Below, piece by piece: positions 27,860 through 38,489 of a DNA stretch of 64,000 nt (position 1 is the first letter of the stretch; every line of letters starts with the position of its first letter). Source of the DNA: Octopus vulgaris (Eukaryota); assembly GCA_951406725.2 (NCBI GenBank), contig OX597816.1, forward strand, positions 15,996,001 to 16,060,000, read 5' to 3'. The notes beneath the pieces are model-generated. The model did no database searches. It saw nothing but the letters and a program-made list of their open reading frames with translations, and had not been told where the DNA came from. Both the position numbers and the translations under genes were made by a program.

Positions 27860-28874
27860 CGTGTGTGTGTGTGTGTTACAAAGGATTGCGCTTCTAAGAA
27901 GGAAACATGATAACAATATGGTTGATAGGTTTTGCTGAACAAATTGGGATGACACCAGACTGGCTGCTTCGTTATGAAAACAGTAATTTAATCACAATTT
28001 AATGTGTATACAATGATGCATGGCATTTACAGGGATAGCTATAGTAAACTGAAGTACCAAACAATCTTAAAATCATTTAACAAGGTAGAGTATATCTAAA
28101 TATTTCCTTCTTAAAAAAAAACAAAAAAACATTAAGAATATTAGAATTAAGCTCTGTTATCAGCTGAATATGTGTTAATTAAAGGGAAGTTAATTAAAGG
28201 GCATTTTAATAATTATACAAATATTTAGAATATAAAAAACAAAAAAGCATAAATTTCATATCAAGTTCACAATTTGTGCCCAACAGCTGTTTCATTGGCA
28301 TTAAACATCAATATATAATTACATAAGATACAAAATTGATTAATTCAAATGTGACTTTACCGAAGACGACGGGAATAAAATTGGCAGTCAACGAAAATCT
28401 ACAATTTATTCTAATTATATGGCCCTCAACAGTTATTTTTGATGATTCTGTGTACATGTACAAATTAGTACCACAAGATTAACAACAAAGTAATTACATA
28501 TTGGAGGTTAATGATATGTCATTAATTAAGCGTAATTACCATTGGCATAATTTCTGACATTTATACATCAACTACCTATATATAGATACACATAAAAAAC
28601 GCAACTGTCAATTTTCCTGAAAATATTTCCCGAATAAAACAACATAATTACACAAAATTCTTCCATGTGTTTTCACTCACATAATAATAAAGCAAAAATG
28701 AAAAAAATCTCTCAGCAGTTCTTTCTACTTGAGGGAAATTTCTCTTTCCCTTCTATTTCTTAGCAAACACTTTCTCCTCCCCCTCTTACTGTGAAAACAA
28801 CTGTAAATAGCAGCAACAGTGGTAACCAGTCAAATTTCAAACATAATTATATATAAATATATATATGTATAAAT

Positions 28875-28962
<88 letters not shown>

Positions 28963-28970
28963 GTATAAAT

Positions 28971-29018
<48 letters not shown>

Positions 29019-29109
29019 CCTTAAAAATGTTTTAGCCCGAAGGCCGCGGCCATGCTGGGGCACCACCGCTGAATGAGCTACACTAATTTGTGAATCCACC
29101 TCTGATACG

Positions 29110-29147
<38 letters not shown>

Positions 29148-29351
29148 CATATATGTATATACATACACACATATATATATATATATAATATATACATATA
29201 TATATACACACACACATATATGTATATACATACATATATCTATATATATATATATATATACACATATATGTATATACATACATATATATATATATATACA
29301 CATATATGTATATACATACATATATATATATATATATACACATATATGTAT

Positions 29352-29396
<45 letters not shown>

Positions 29397-29423
29397 TATA
29401 TGTATATATATATATACATACAT

Positions 29424-29454
<31 letters not shown>

Positions 29455-32400
29455 CATACATATGTATATACATATATATATATACATATGTAAATACATA
29501 TATATATACATATATGGAAAGTGGAAAGATGATCACATTCGAATGAAACATATAAAAGAATAAAAGAATATATATTTAATACACATTCACAAGCACACGC
29601 ACAATATAAATACATTTATATAAATACCCAAATACATACACATATACACACACATACATGTACACACACACACACACACACATACAAATATACACATATA
29701 CAAGCTGAAGAAGAAGAAGGAAGAGGAGGAGGAAGAAGAAGAAGAAGAAGAAGAAGAAGAAGAAGAAGAAGAAGAAGAGGAGGAAGAAGAAGAAGAAGAA
29801 GAAGAAGAAGAAGAAAGAGGAGGAGGAAGAAGAAGAAGAAGAAGAAGAAGAAAGAGGAGGAGGAAGAAGAAGAAGAAGAAGAAGAAGAAGAAGAAGAAGA
29901 AGAGAAGAGGAGGAGGAAGAAGAAGAAGAAGAAGAAGAAGAAAGAGGAGGAGGAAGAAGAAGAAGAAGAAGAAGAAGAAGAAGAAGAAGAAGAAGAAGAA
30001 GAAGAAGAAGAAGAAGAAGAAGAAGAAGAAGAAGAAGAAGAAGAAGAAGAAGAAGAAGAAGAGGAGGAGGTGGCCAGCTAGCACTGCTGCTGCCATCAAT
30101 GTATTTTTCATATTTCATAAATATCGTCAGCTTCCCAATTAACATGAATTATCTGAAATAAAGTTTAAAAAACAACCAAACCTTAAACTGACTACTTACC
30201 TCCGATTCAACAGCAAAGATTCTGACAATGTTTTCATGATTCAATTTCCTCAGAATTGTTATTTCATTCTGAATCGATTTTTTCATGAAGGAACTGTTGG
30301 AATTGAAGACTTTGAGTGCATAACATTGGGAATCAACCTAATCATTAAAAAAAAAAAAAAATCTTAATTACTATCATCATAATTATTATTTATGATTTAA
30401 GAAATATAATAATAATGATATTTCTTCTTACATCGAAAAGAATTTATCGCTTTTGTTTTTGGTTTGCAAGATTCTTGATGTGATTGTTTCTTGGGTGGGT
30501 CATTATGTCAGTAATAACACACACATTGGTTCTAGTCCACTTCTTTTTATTTGTCAATTGATTAACTATTTTATGAACTAAGTAATCATTGCCATTTGTA
30601 ACCTCTTCAATGATTTGCTCCATTTGTGACCTTTTCAATGACATGCTCCATTGGAACTTCAGGCCAGGAAGCCAACCAGTTGTAGAGAAGTCATGTCATT
30701 AACACAACTGACTGATTGATAAACCAAATGATTAAAAAAACAATCAATTTGACAAATAAAAAAATAAAGAAGTGAAATAGAACCACTGTGTGTGCTTATT
30801 GTTGGCATAATGACCCTCCCAAAATGCAACAAAATGTGTTAAAATCAAAAATCTTTTAAACCAATTGCAAAAATGAAAAATTACCAATCTATAACCTTAT
30901 GAATATTGAGGCCTTTTCTATAATTAAGCAAAATGTACCCCTATTAAAACATAATCCTAAAATGAAGAGAATCTTTTAAAAATAAGTAATAAAAGTAAAA
31001 ATAAATAAACAAAACTACATTTATTAAAGAAAGTTTTTAACAAGTATCCAATTACCAACCAATGATATACAAAACCTGACAATTAAAAAATGCAGAAAAT
31101 CAAATTGTGGTCTTTGTATTAATATTTCCAAAGACTTAATTCTGCTTCGAAAATAGGAAATTTTAAAAGACATAACTTCACATGCTGATCAATAAATTTA
31201 ATTTATGTCATATGATGCAGTGGGTATGGTGAGAACTATATTGGCCAAACAGGCATGTCACTTAGAAAATGGATGATGATTCACCAACAACAAATACATG
31301 GTCTGAATGCTAGAAAAAGTTGACTTAGTCAGGAAATTAGACCAAGCGTGTAAAAACTCAGTAACAAAATCTTATACTTTGCACACTAAATACAGAAAAT
31401 TTGACAGAATGACAAAGAATAAAAAAGAAACATTTTCTAAGCATTTGATCCAAATTTAAATCATTATCTAATTAATGATGCTTATTTCTTAATTCATTTA
31501 TCAATATTTATAATATGTATTTTCCTTCATGTTTTTGTTTAGTTAAAGTGAAAATATTTACATCTTTACATAATTTGGATCTGCTAGCGTGTATAAAATT
31601 TCTTCCCATGTTACTTGGGAAGTGTATAAAGGAGACACTTCCTGTAGACGCAGTACATATTAAATGAAGGCTAGAAGCTAGCTCCTACATTTGTATATTG
31701 CAATGAATGTCTCCAATTTGATCCAAAACCAGATAGTAATTATATACTTTGTAATATCTTATACTTTTTGTAATAATGTGATTCTATGTTTTAGAGCATT
31801 TAATAAAACATTGGTTGTTAGATAAATTCGTTTGTTTCTTTCTAGTGTCATTTGATTTAACAGGAAAAGTATTCTTATGTTTGTGTTTTATGGTTATTCG
31901 TAGCTCACTTCTTCCTCTACAACTTTTTTTATCGTTTTTAAAATTTGTACAAATTATATCTATTTTCTCATCTTTGACGATGGCATGCCAAGTATAAAAA
32001 AAATTAGCATTTCCAATGAAATGGGTGCTTGCGGAGTGTTGTGAGGCACTCAAGCTTCTCTGTCACATCAGCAACGCCAGCAGCAGGGTTCCACCTCGTC
32101 TTTCTATAGAGAGTTGGTAGGAGCTCAGTGTGACGACATCTTGCAGGAGACTCTAGGCTTCGATTAAGATCAACTAGCCAGTCTGTTCCGAAGCACTTCA
32201 GACCAGGACCCTTGGATAACTTCAAGGGATAACTTCCTGGCCTGACAGTGCTACCGAGGAACCTTACCAGTTCACAATAAACTCACAAAGCATGGTGCCC
32301 CTTGCTCACCCATGTGCCCAAGATGGGAGTAGGACAGAGAAACCATTCTGCATGTAACTGTGCAATGCCCCAAAATCTCTGAGATGTGGGTTTACGTTGG

Positions 32401-34910
32401 ACATCTGCTGCCATGGCTAGGCAAAGTACAACTGTCTTTCGAGTCAATTGCAAAGATTGTTCTTCCTTTCTCTTTTAACAAAGAAGGCAAGGCTTGTTTT
32501 CTCACTTTGGTCACTATAGTAAAAGAAGCAGTATGGAAGACCCGAGTGAAAGGAATTGTGACAGGCACATTCATCTTCAGCTTTGGATTGGTCCATTACC
32601 TCATCTATCACCTTATAATAAATGTGGAGAGAAAGTGCCTGTCACCTGATGTATATGGAAAAAGATGGAAGGCTGTGGTGAGTTTGTTGCGAATGAATGA
32701 ACCCACATAGGGTATCCATAAGGTTATACTAAAGGTTACAGGGGTGGTATGGGGCTTGCGGGGGTCGAAGCAAAACCCACCCCCCACTTCATTGTTTGTG
32801 TATTTGTTTTGCTTTTCATTTATTTATCATTCGATCTATATAAATTTTTAACTTTTCTCCTCTGTGTAAAAAACCATATCTACCATTGACCCCCTCCCTC
32901 ATTTGTACCATCCCTTTATGTTTGGCCCCCTGTGGGCAATAAAGAAATCATGGTTACAATCATCTGAAATGGAGACTGTCAAAGCGTGATATTTGAGCAA
33001 TTTTGCAATTCAACTTTAAAACAAGATGACAAGCAGCCAAAACTGCTCACGATATCAATGAAATGTTTGGTGAGGAAATGACCAGTGAGTGGTTAGCACG
33101 AAAATTATTCAGGTGATTTCGCAGTGGAGACCTGAGCCTTGAAGATCGTGAGCATAGTGGACGCCCATCTATCATCAATGATGGTCAATTAATGACCATC
33201 ATTGAGAAAGATCCATGTAAAACCACTCGAGAAATGGCAAAAGAACTTCAAGTTAGCCAGAAAACTGCATTCAATCAGAAAATAAAAAGAGCTTGACAAA
33301 TGGGCACCACATAATTTGAATGAAAATCAGAAAATGCACAGATATGAAATTTGCTCATCACTTCTTATCTGCAACCAGATCAATCCATTTCTCAACCTTA
33401 TTGTAACTTGCAATGAAAAGTGGATTTTCTGTACAATAATAAAAAACGTTCTTTGCAGTGGTTGGACCAAACTGAAACACTGAAAACCTTCGCTAAACCC
33501 GAGCTCTTCAAAAGGAAGGTTATGGTGACTGTTTGGTGGCTACTACTGGACTCATCTACTATAACTTCTCAAAACCCAGAAAAACTATTACTGCAGAAGC
33601 ATTTTGCCAAGAAATTGCCAAAATGAATAAATAAAATAACTGCTACTCCTCCGTACCAGACTGGTCAAAAGAAGAGAGCCAATCATTCTTCATGACACGG
33701 CTCAATCACACATTTCCCAAATAACACTCCAGACATTGAGGGAATGTGGCTACGAAGTTCTTCCCCACCCAGCTTATTCCCCAGACTTTTCTCCTACTGA
33801 CTACCACTTTTTCAAGCATCTTGATGCTTTCCTGTGAGAGAAGGAGTTCAAAAACCAAAGTGATGCTGAAAGTGTGTTGAAGGAGATCATCAGTTCCAGA
33901 ACTCCAGGTTTTTATGTTATTGGAATAAACAACCTTGTAACTCGTTGGCAAAATTGTGTAGATTGTAATGGTACTTACTTTGATGAATAAAAATTTCCGC
34001 CTTGTAGAAATATATTGTGATGAATTTCATGTTTCAAAACATTGCTTACTTTATACTCAGCCTGATATAATATACTTTAAAAAAAATTTGATTGTGATAA
34101 TCTTTTTGAATAACATATTGTAGTCTGAAACAGTTACATTTCGGAATTAATTTACTGCAATATATTTATATATTAGTATTTTTATACACACACATACATA
34201 AGATGCTATATTTGTGAGTATACATACATATATACATATTGATGTATATTTCCTCTATATGCAGACTCCGTCTGTTTATCTTTCTTACAGTCATTATAAA
34301 ACAAAACCATCATCATTGTTTAATGTCTGCTTTCCATGCTAGCATGGGTTGGACGATTTGACTGAGGACTGGCAAACCAGATGGCTGCACCAGGCTCCAA
34401 TCTTGATTTGGCAGAGTTTCTACAGCTGGATGCCCTTCCTAACGCCAACCACTCCGAGAGTGTAGTGGATGCTTTTACGTGCCACCAGCACAAGGGCCAG
34501 TCAGGTGGTACTGACAACAGCCACACTCAAATGGTGCGTTTTATGTGCCACCTGCACAGGCGCCAATCCAGCAGCACTGGCAACGATCCCGCTTTAATGT
34601 TTTTTACACGTGCGACCAGCACAGGTGCTAGTAAGGCAACGCAGGTACCGATCATGCTCGAATGGTGTTTTTAGGTGTCATTGGCACGGAGGCCAGGTTG
34701 TTGCTCTGGCAACGATCTCACTTGTATGGCACTCTTAGCACTCCACTAGCATGGATACCAGTCATTGAATTTGATTTTGATTTCGAAATCATACACATGA
34801 ATAATAAAATAGTAAAGAAAAGAACATACTTTCGATATTCCTTTGTATACAGATGCAGTTGCACCTCTTCCCAGCAAAACATCATACTTGAATGACTTTG
34901 ATTCAAACAT
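3480..34910 (-). CDS. TBK1: TBK1/IKK-epsilon-like serine/threonine kinase, spliced CDS, 3'-partial: join(34830-34910, 30200-30337, 27021-27150, 22274-22364, 17770-17860, 9233-9387, 7237-7344, 5103-5279, 3480-3679)
   Basis: Manual splicing gives an uninterrupted 390-codon frame with GT-AG introns and matching phases. Motifs: GRGATASV (Gly loop), [26 protein letters not shown] (IKK-related activation segment), DSWSLG, then a ubiquitin-like domain. TBK1 versus IKBKE orthology cannot be resolved by eye. Confidence 0.93.
3768..4163 (-). mobile_element. SINE family A (tRNA-like head, CORE-like segment, internal TA/TG microsatellite, tail ...GAAACAAGTAAAAGA)
   Basis: A/B-box-like head GGAGTGGCTGTGTGGTAAG...GGTTCAGTCCC, CORE-like CTTGGGCAAGTGTCTT; many near-identical copies in the window. 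Confidence 0.9.
4641..4723 (-). ncRNA. Type I hammerhead ribozyme fold with extended stem II (Penelope-type remnant)
   Basis: Minus strand: CTTTC CTGATGA GAAGAC...(long hairpin, TTCG loop)...GTCTTC GAAA C ATGT GTT GAGAG; intact core, stems I and II pair. Confidence 0.7.
5103..5279 (-). CDS. TBK1: TBK1-like coding exon 8 (end of kinase domain, start of ULD)
   Basis: (S)[58 protein letters not shown]; attttcag / GTAAAT; 177 nt, phase 2-2. Confidence 0.88.
5575..5860 (-). mobile_element. CR1-type LINE 3' end
   Basis: LRGHSEKLY...[21 protein letters not shown]...FKVSLD; (AACT)n tail. Confidence 0.8.
6008..6570 (-). mobile_element. Family B element with several module repeats
   Basis: Family match; repeated GGTGCTTTTTACGTGCCACCGGCA on the + strand. 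Confidence 0.85.
6994..7212. mobile_element. piggyBac-like MITE
   Basis: TTAA|CCCTTTAG...CTAAAGGG|TTAA; inverted family copy at 15521-15739. Confidence 0.8.
7237..7344 (-). CDS. TBK1: TBK1-like coding exon 7
   Basis: (R)[35 protein letters not shown], aligns to TBK1 KPSGAISG...W...P..C.LS; aaaacag / GTAAAT; 108 nt. Confidence 0.93.
7437..7860 (+). mobile_element. SINE family A, full length
   Basis: Same head and tail; (AGTAAAG)n end. Confidence 0.9.
8058..8488 (-). mobile_element. SINE family A, full length, inserted in a Tc1-like remnant
   Basis: Same sequence, inverted relative to 7437-7860. Confidence 0.9.
8554..8755. mobile_element. TTAA-flanked MITE
   Basis: TTAA|CTCTTTCATTACC...GGTAACAAAAGAG|TTAA. 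Confidence 0.7.
9233..9387 (-). CDS. TBK1: TBK1-like coding exon 6
   Basis: [51 protein letters not shown]; taatttag / GTATGA; 155 nt. Confidence 0.95.
9471..9853. repeat. ~380-bp AT-rich inverted repeat
   Basis: TTAGAGATAAAACCACTATTAGGCAAATCAAACAG... mirrored at about 9805-9845. Confidence 0.9.
11235..11270 (+). ncRNA. Degenerate minimal hammerhead fold in a Penelope-like remnant (about 10340-11365)
   Basis: GTTT CCGACGA A GAG CTCCA CTC GAAA TGTC ATAC. Confidence 0.4.
13152..13640 (-). mobile_element. Family B element
   Basis: Family match. Confidence 0.8.
14123..14160 (+). ncRNA. Minimal hammerhead ribozyme fold (A6 to U variant), Penelope pLTR type
   Basis: TCTCT CTGTTGA A GAGC GTAG GCTC GAAA CGTA AAAGA. 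Confidence 0.55.
14820..15242 (-). mobile_element. SINE family A
   Basis: Family match. Confidence 0.9.
15521..15739. mobile_element. piggyBac-like MITE
   Basis: TTAA|CCCTTT...AAAGGG|TTAA. Confidence 0.8.
16469..17680. repeat. 26-bp minisatellite (GGGTGCTTTTTACATAGTGCTAGGAT)n, about 46 copies
   Basis: Direct inspection; grows out of the module of a family B element at about 16320-16490. Confidence 0.95.
17770..17860 (-). CDS. TBK1: TBK1-like coding exon 5
   Basis: (R)[30 protein letters not shown]; DFG and activation loop; ttttatag / GTAAGA; 91 nt. Confidence 0.96.
18772..19005 (-). mobile_element. SINE family C (tRNA-like head, Meta-domain-like core)
   Basis: GACTTTGCCTTTCATCCTTTCGGGGTCRATAAATTAAGTACCAG core; tail AGCCCCTTGTGGGTAGTAAAGAAAT. 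Confidence 0.85.
19800..20175 (+). mobile_element. Family B module array (tail missing), abutting a Meta-type SINE fragment
   Basis: GCCGGTGGCA...AAAAAGCACC modules about 63 bp apart. Confidence 0.8.
21020..21255 (-). mobile_element. Same RTE family, short 3' fragment
   Basis: Near-identical to 51175-51397. Confidence 0.85.
21698..22100 (+). mobile_element. SINE family A
   Basis: Family match. Confidence 0.9.
22274..22364 (-). CDS. TBK1: TBK1-like coding exon 4
   Basis: (N)[29 protein letters not shown]; catalytic loop; tttctgcag / GTAACT; 91 nt. Confidence 0.95.
22716..23830 (-). mobile_element. Tc1/maT-like transposon remnant interrupted by a family D SINE (23100-23262)
   Basis: TA-CAGGGTGTTTGGGCTAAAT terminus; [16 protein letters not shown] and [20 protein letters not shown]; related fragment at about 7944-8550. 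Confidence 0.75.
23965..24320 (+). mobile_element. Penelope-like element GIY-YIG endonuclease remnant
   Basis: [14 protein letters not shown]...YTGASE...HQNSFRN...TSLAKHV*ELK...WEIL. Confidence 0.7.
24880..26990 (-). mobile_element. Decayed RTE LINE (reverse transcriptase remnants), interrupted by SINEs
   Basis: GSVLNPLL...LYDNDLALI (degenerate YADD region); [10 protein letters not shown] near 25070-25110. Confidence 0.7.
26525..26808 (-). mobile_element. tRNA-derived SINE with 13-bp TSD, inserted in an RTE remnant
   Basis: Head GGAGGTGCATGGCTTAGTGGTTAGGG...GGTTTCAATTCC; TSD ATACAGGTGATTA on both sides. Confidence 0.85.
27021..27150 (-). CDS. TBK1: TBK1-like coding exon 3
   Basis: [43 protein letters not shown]; ttctcttcgtag / GTATGC; 130 nt. 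Confidence 0.93.
27239..27491. mobile_element. hAT (Charlie-like) MITE
   Basis: CAGTGGCTCTC...GAGAATCACTG termini; degenerate 8-bp TSD AGTAACAC/AGTTAGAT. Confidence 0.6.
28846..29515. repeat. Compound (TA)n/(CA)n microsatellite
   Basis: Direct inspection. Confidence 0.95.
29707..30070. repeat. (GAA/GAG)n purine tract, about 360 bp
   Basis: Direct inspection. Confidence 0.95.
30200..30337 (-). CDS. TBK1: TBK1-like coding exon 2
   Basis: [46 protein letters not shown]; catalytic Lys and alphaC Glu; ...attag / GTAAGT; 138 nt. Confidence 0.95.
31000..31470 (+). mobile_element. Penelope-like GIY-YIG remnant
   Basis: [27 protein letters not shown]...HQQQI. Confidence 0.7.
32013..32948 (+). mobile_element. 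Tx1/L1-like LINE 3' fragment
   Basis: Zn-knuckle remnant CPR...[19 protein letters not shown]...KRW; ends GGCCCCCTGTGGGCAATAAAGAAAT. Confidence 0.65.
32950..34067 (+). mobile_element. Mariner transposon, transposase pseudogene with right TIR
   Basis: SGRPS, WAPHNL (WVPHEL), [43 protein letters not shown]; stops and frameshifts; ends ...CTCAGCCTGA-TA. Confidence 0.9.
34307..34790 (-). mobile_element. Family B element
   Basis: Family match. Confidence 0.85.
34830..34910 (-). CDS. TBK1: TBK1-like coding exon 1 (start codon; exon extends to acceptor at 34925)
   Basis: [27 protein letters not shown]; acceptor ctcctgcag, 15-nt UTR with an in-frame TAA before the ATG, donor GTATGT; 81 nt, phase 0. 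Confidence 0.92.
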
Positions 34911-34962
34911 GCTTCGTTAAACGACCTGCAGGAGATAGAAATTTAATATAATTTAGTTTATA

Positions 34963-35357
34963 CTAGCAGTATCGCCCGGCGTTGCTCGGGTTTGTAAGGG
35001 AAATAACTATAAAGCATTTTTAGAGAGTTATAGCCAAAAAAATAGCAAAAAATGCATTAAAAATGAAAAAAATATGATGGTAAATTTTTTTTTAAATCGT
35101 TGACTCATCGTAGACATTTTTAGAGAGTTACTTCCCTTATATTTAAAAAAAATATGCATTAAAATGGAAAAAATGATGGTAAATTATTTTTAAAATCGTA
35201 GACTCATCGTAGACGCGCGCTAATACCCAGAAGGGCTCAATATGAATCACGACTATAAGATACCCGGTTTTGGTTAAACTGCACCGCAAAATGTGGGAGT
35301 AGTTAGGAATCTAAATCGGAGTAGACAGACACACAACCTTACTTTTATATATAAAGA
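34963..35357 (-). mobile_element. Non-autonomous Helitron
   Basis: Minus strand: A|TC...subterminal hairpin CCCGAGCAACGCCGGG...CTAG|T, no TSD; second copy at 55997-56393. Confidence 0.85.
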
Positions 35358-35872
35358 TTTGTATTTGTGTACATGAGAGTTTGTGTGTGTGTGTGTGTGT
35401 GTGTATGTGTGTGTGTATGTTTTACAATCAAGATCCCTAAAATCTGTTGGAGATTAAAAAGAAATATATTTATTTTTATCGTAAACAACAACAAAAAAAA
35501 GTTGCTAATACGAACGACCAACACTGGCTGGCTAAGACTACGCGCCTTCACTAGTCAGTTATGGTGAGACAGTGTCACGTGACAACTTGCTGGGGCTGCC
35601 TGCTGGAGCCTAGTGGCAGGTATTTAAAGGGAAAAATTTGACAAGTCAGTCAGTCACCGGCTGACACTCGACGCTACATCGAAGAGGCCAGGGAACAGAA
35701 AAAAGAAGAAAGAAGACATGCACCCAACACCAGAGCTGAAGACACCTCCGAAAGTTGGGGGGGGGGCGCCACGTCAAAACGGTAGAGGAGTAGGGGCCGA
35801 CACCTGACGTGGTTCCTGACGTGGTTCCTCCGGTTGTAATTCCTAGTTTATATTTGTATTTGTGTACGTGAG

Positions 35873-35908
<36 letters not shown>

Positions 35909-35953
35909 ACAATCAAGATCCCTAAAATCTGTAGGAGATTAAAAAAGAAATAT

Positions 35954-36351
35954 ACTCTTTTTACTCTTTTAATTGTTTCAGTCATTTGACTGCGGCCATG
36001 CTGGAGCACCACCTTTAGTCGAGCAAATCGACCCCGGGACTTTATTCTTTGTAAGCCCAGTACTTATTCTATCGGTCTCTTTGCCGAACCGCTAAGTGAC
36101 GGGGACGTAAACACACCAGCATCGGTTGTCAAGCAATGCTAGGGGGACAAACACAGACACACACATACATATATATATACATATATACGACAGGCTTCTT
36201 TCAGTTTCCGTCTACCAAATCCACTCACAAGGCATTGGTCGGCCCGGGGCTATAGCAGAAGACACTTGCCCAAAATGCCACGCAGTGGGACTGAACCCGG
36301 AACCATGTGGTTGGTTAGCAAGCTACTTACCACACAGCCACTCCTGCGCCT
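35954..36351 (-). mobile_element. SINE family A
   Basis: Family match; interrupts a direct repeat. Confidence 0.9.
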
Positions 36352-37084
36352 ACTATATATTTATTTTTATCGTAAACAACAACAAAAAAAAGTCGCTAAT
36401 ACAAATGACCAACACTGAGCTACTTCGAAACTTGTAGTTCTTGGAATAGGTATGACAGTAGTCGCTGTTGTGAGTTTCTTGATATTAACTGACTATTGTG
36501 TGTTGCTGCCACTGTGATCCATTGTTTTTTGTGGTGTCACAGTGCTATGGTCTTCTGCTGGTTCTTTGTTGTTGTTGTTGTTGCTGTTAAGCAACAAGAC
36601 GGGTAAGGGTGATGGTCTAGGGCTTAGGAGCGGGAGACCGCAGACCTTGGAAAAAAAAAAAAAACTTTGGTCGTCTTGTTGTAGTCAAGGGCTCTTCATT
36701 GACGCTCAACACCACTGGGAGGTGGCCCTCGAAGTTCCTGGAAATGGAGATCTCCAGGTCCAAATTCTTGAACGGCTGCTGCTGGTTCTGCTACTGTCTG
36801 TTGACTACCGTTTCTGTGTCCAGTCTGCTGTCTGCATGGACGGAATATATAGTGGTGGTTTTGCTTGGAAAAGTGAGCCGAAGATAAAAATGTTGTTGAA
36901 TCCAGTTTCATTTGAGTCTTGAATGGTAAGATTTTTTTTTTAGATGTTGGTAATATTCTTATGAATCGCAATCACATTCTTGAATTTTTGGTGTTCTGTT
37001 TTTTTCATTAGATAATGATCCGGGTTTGATTTCTGTATTTGGAAATTGTTAAATATCGCTGCTACACACACTCACACACACACT

Positions 37085-37115
<31 letters not shown>

Positions 37116-37375
37116 TCTCACACACACACACGCACACACACTCACACGCACGTGCATACACACACACGCACGTGCACACACACACTCACACACACACACA
37201 CACACACACACATATCGACTGAAAGAGTACAGGAAAATTGCAATAGAGAAGGAAAAATTCAATATTTTGGGTTGACTGCCTTTTCAGTGTGAAGTGGACA
37301 GGAGGAAAATAAGAAAACTCAGCAGAGTTTTATATCATCTATGTTTGAGAGACTATGTGAAATTGATGGGGAACA

Positions 37376-38045
37376 CATCATCATCATTGTTGTCATTTAA
37401 CATCCGTTTTCCATGCTAGCATGGGTTGGACAGTTTGACTGTGCACTGGCAAACTTAAATGGCTGCACCAGGCTCCAGTCTTGATCTGGCAGAGTTTCTA
37501 CAGCTGGATGCTCTTCCTAATGCCAACCACTCCGAGAAAGTAGTGGGTGCTTTTATGTGCCACCGGCACGGGGGCCATTCAGGCGGTACTGGCAACGACC
37601 TCGCTCGAATGTTTTTACACATGCCAATGGCACAGGTGCCAGTAAGACAATGCTGGTAACGATCCTGCTCGAATGGTGCCTCCTACAAGCCACCGGCACA
37701 GAAGCCAGTTAGCCACTCTGGCAATGATCACGCTCGGATAGTGCTCTTAGCACCTTACTAGCATGGGGCACAAGTGCCAATGAGGCGAAGCTGGCAACGA
37801 TCACACTCGAATGGTGCCACTGGCACGGAAGCCAGTTAGCCGCTCTGGACACAATCACACTTGTATGGTGCTCTTAGCACCCTACTAGCATGGGGCACAA
37901 GTGGCAGTAAGGCAACACTGGTAACGATCACACTCAAATGGTGCCTTTTATGTGCCACTTGCACGGAAGCCGGTTAGCTGCTCTGTCAACAATCACGCTC
38001 GTATGGTGCTCGTGCCCGTTATCGTATTTCACTTTGATTTTGATG
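37376..38045 (-). mobile_element. Family B element with about 8 diverged modules
   Basis: Family match. Confidence 0.85.
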
Positions 38046-38489
38046 ATAACACGTATTTCATACTTAGACTGGAAGTAGTTGGAAAGAGAAAGAAACTGGT
38101 TTAGAGAAAGAAACGAAAGAGGAGAAACAAGTGAGGTTGAGAGGGAATTTTGAGGTGAGAGGGAAGTTGATGGATAAGAAAGGGATTGCTGAATTAAGAG
38201 AAGGGTAGGATTTGAAGGAAAACTGTCCATTTAAACTAGTTGCTCTCATGTTATGTGGTCAGAGTTGGTGCATAAATAGCAGATGGTGGCTCACACAAGC
38301 CGTTTTGAAGAAGAATCAAAGACATGAAGAATGTGGAGGATTTCAGTAGAGTGATGCAACATCTTAGATGGATGATAATTTAGTTTGAAGCCAAACAGAA
38401 TAAGGTTGAGTTGAAGACAGCATCCAAGAAGGTGAAAATGACTGCAGAAGCAGATATTTTGTTTTAAAAGAAAAGTGGAATATCATAAT

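Noticed and set aside
28830-30145. Long YI/CV/poly-L/F/S ORFs
   Set aside because: Translations of (TA)n, (CA)n and (GAA)n microsatellites
37540-38010. CRISPR-like repeat-spacer appearance of family B modules
   Set aside because: Spacers are homologous to each other, the context is eukaryotic and there are no cas genes
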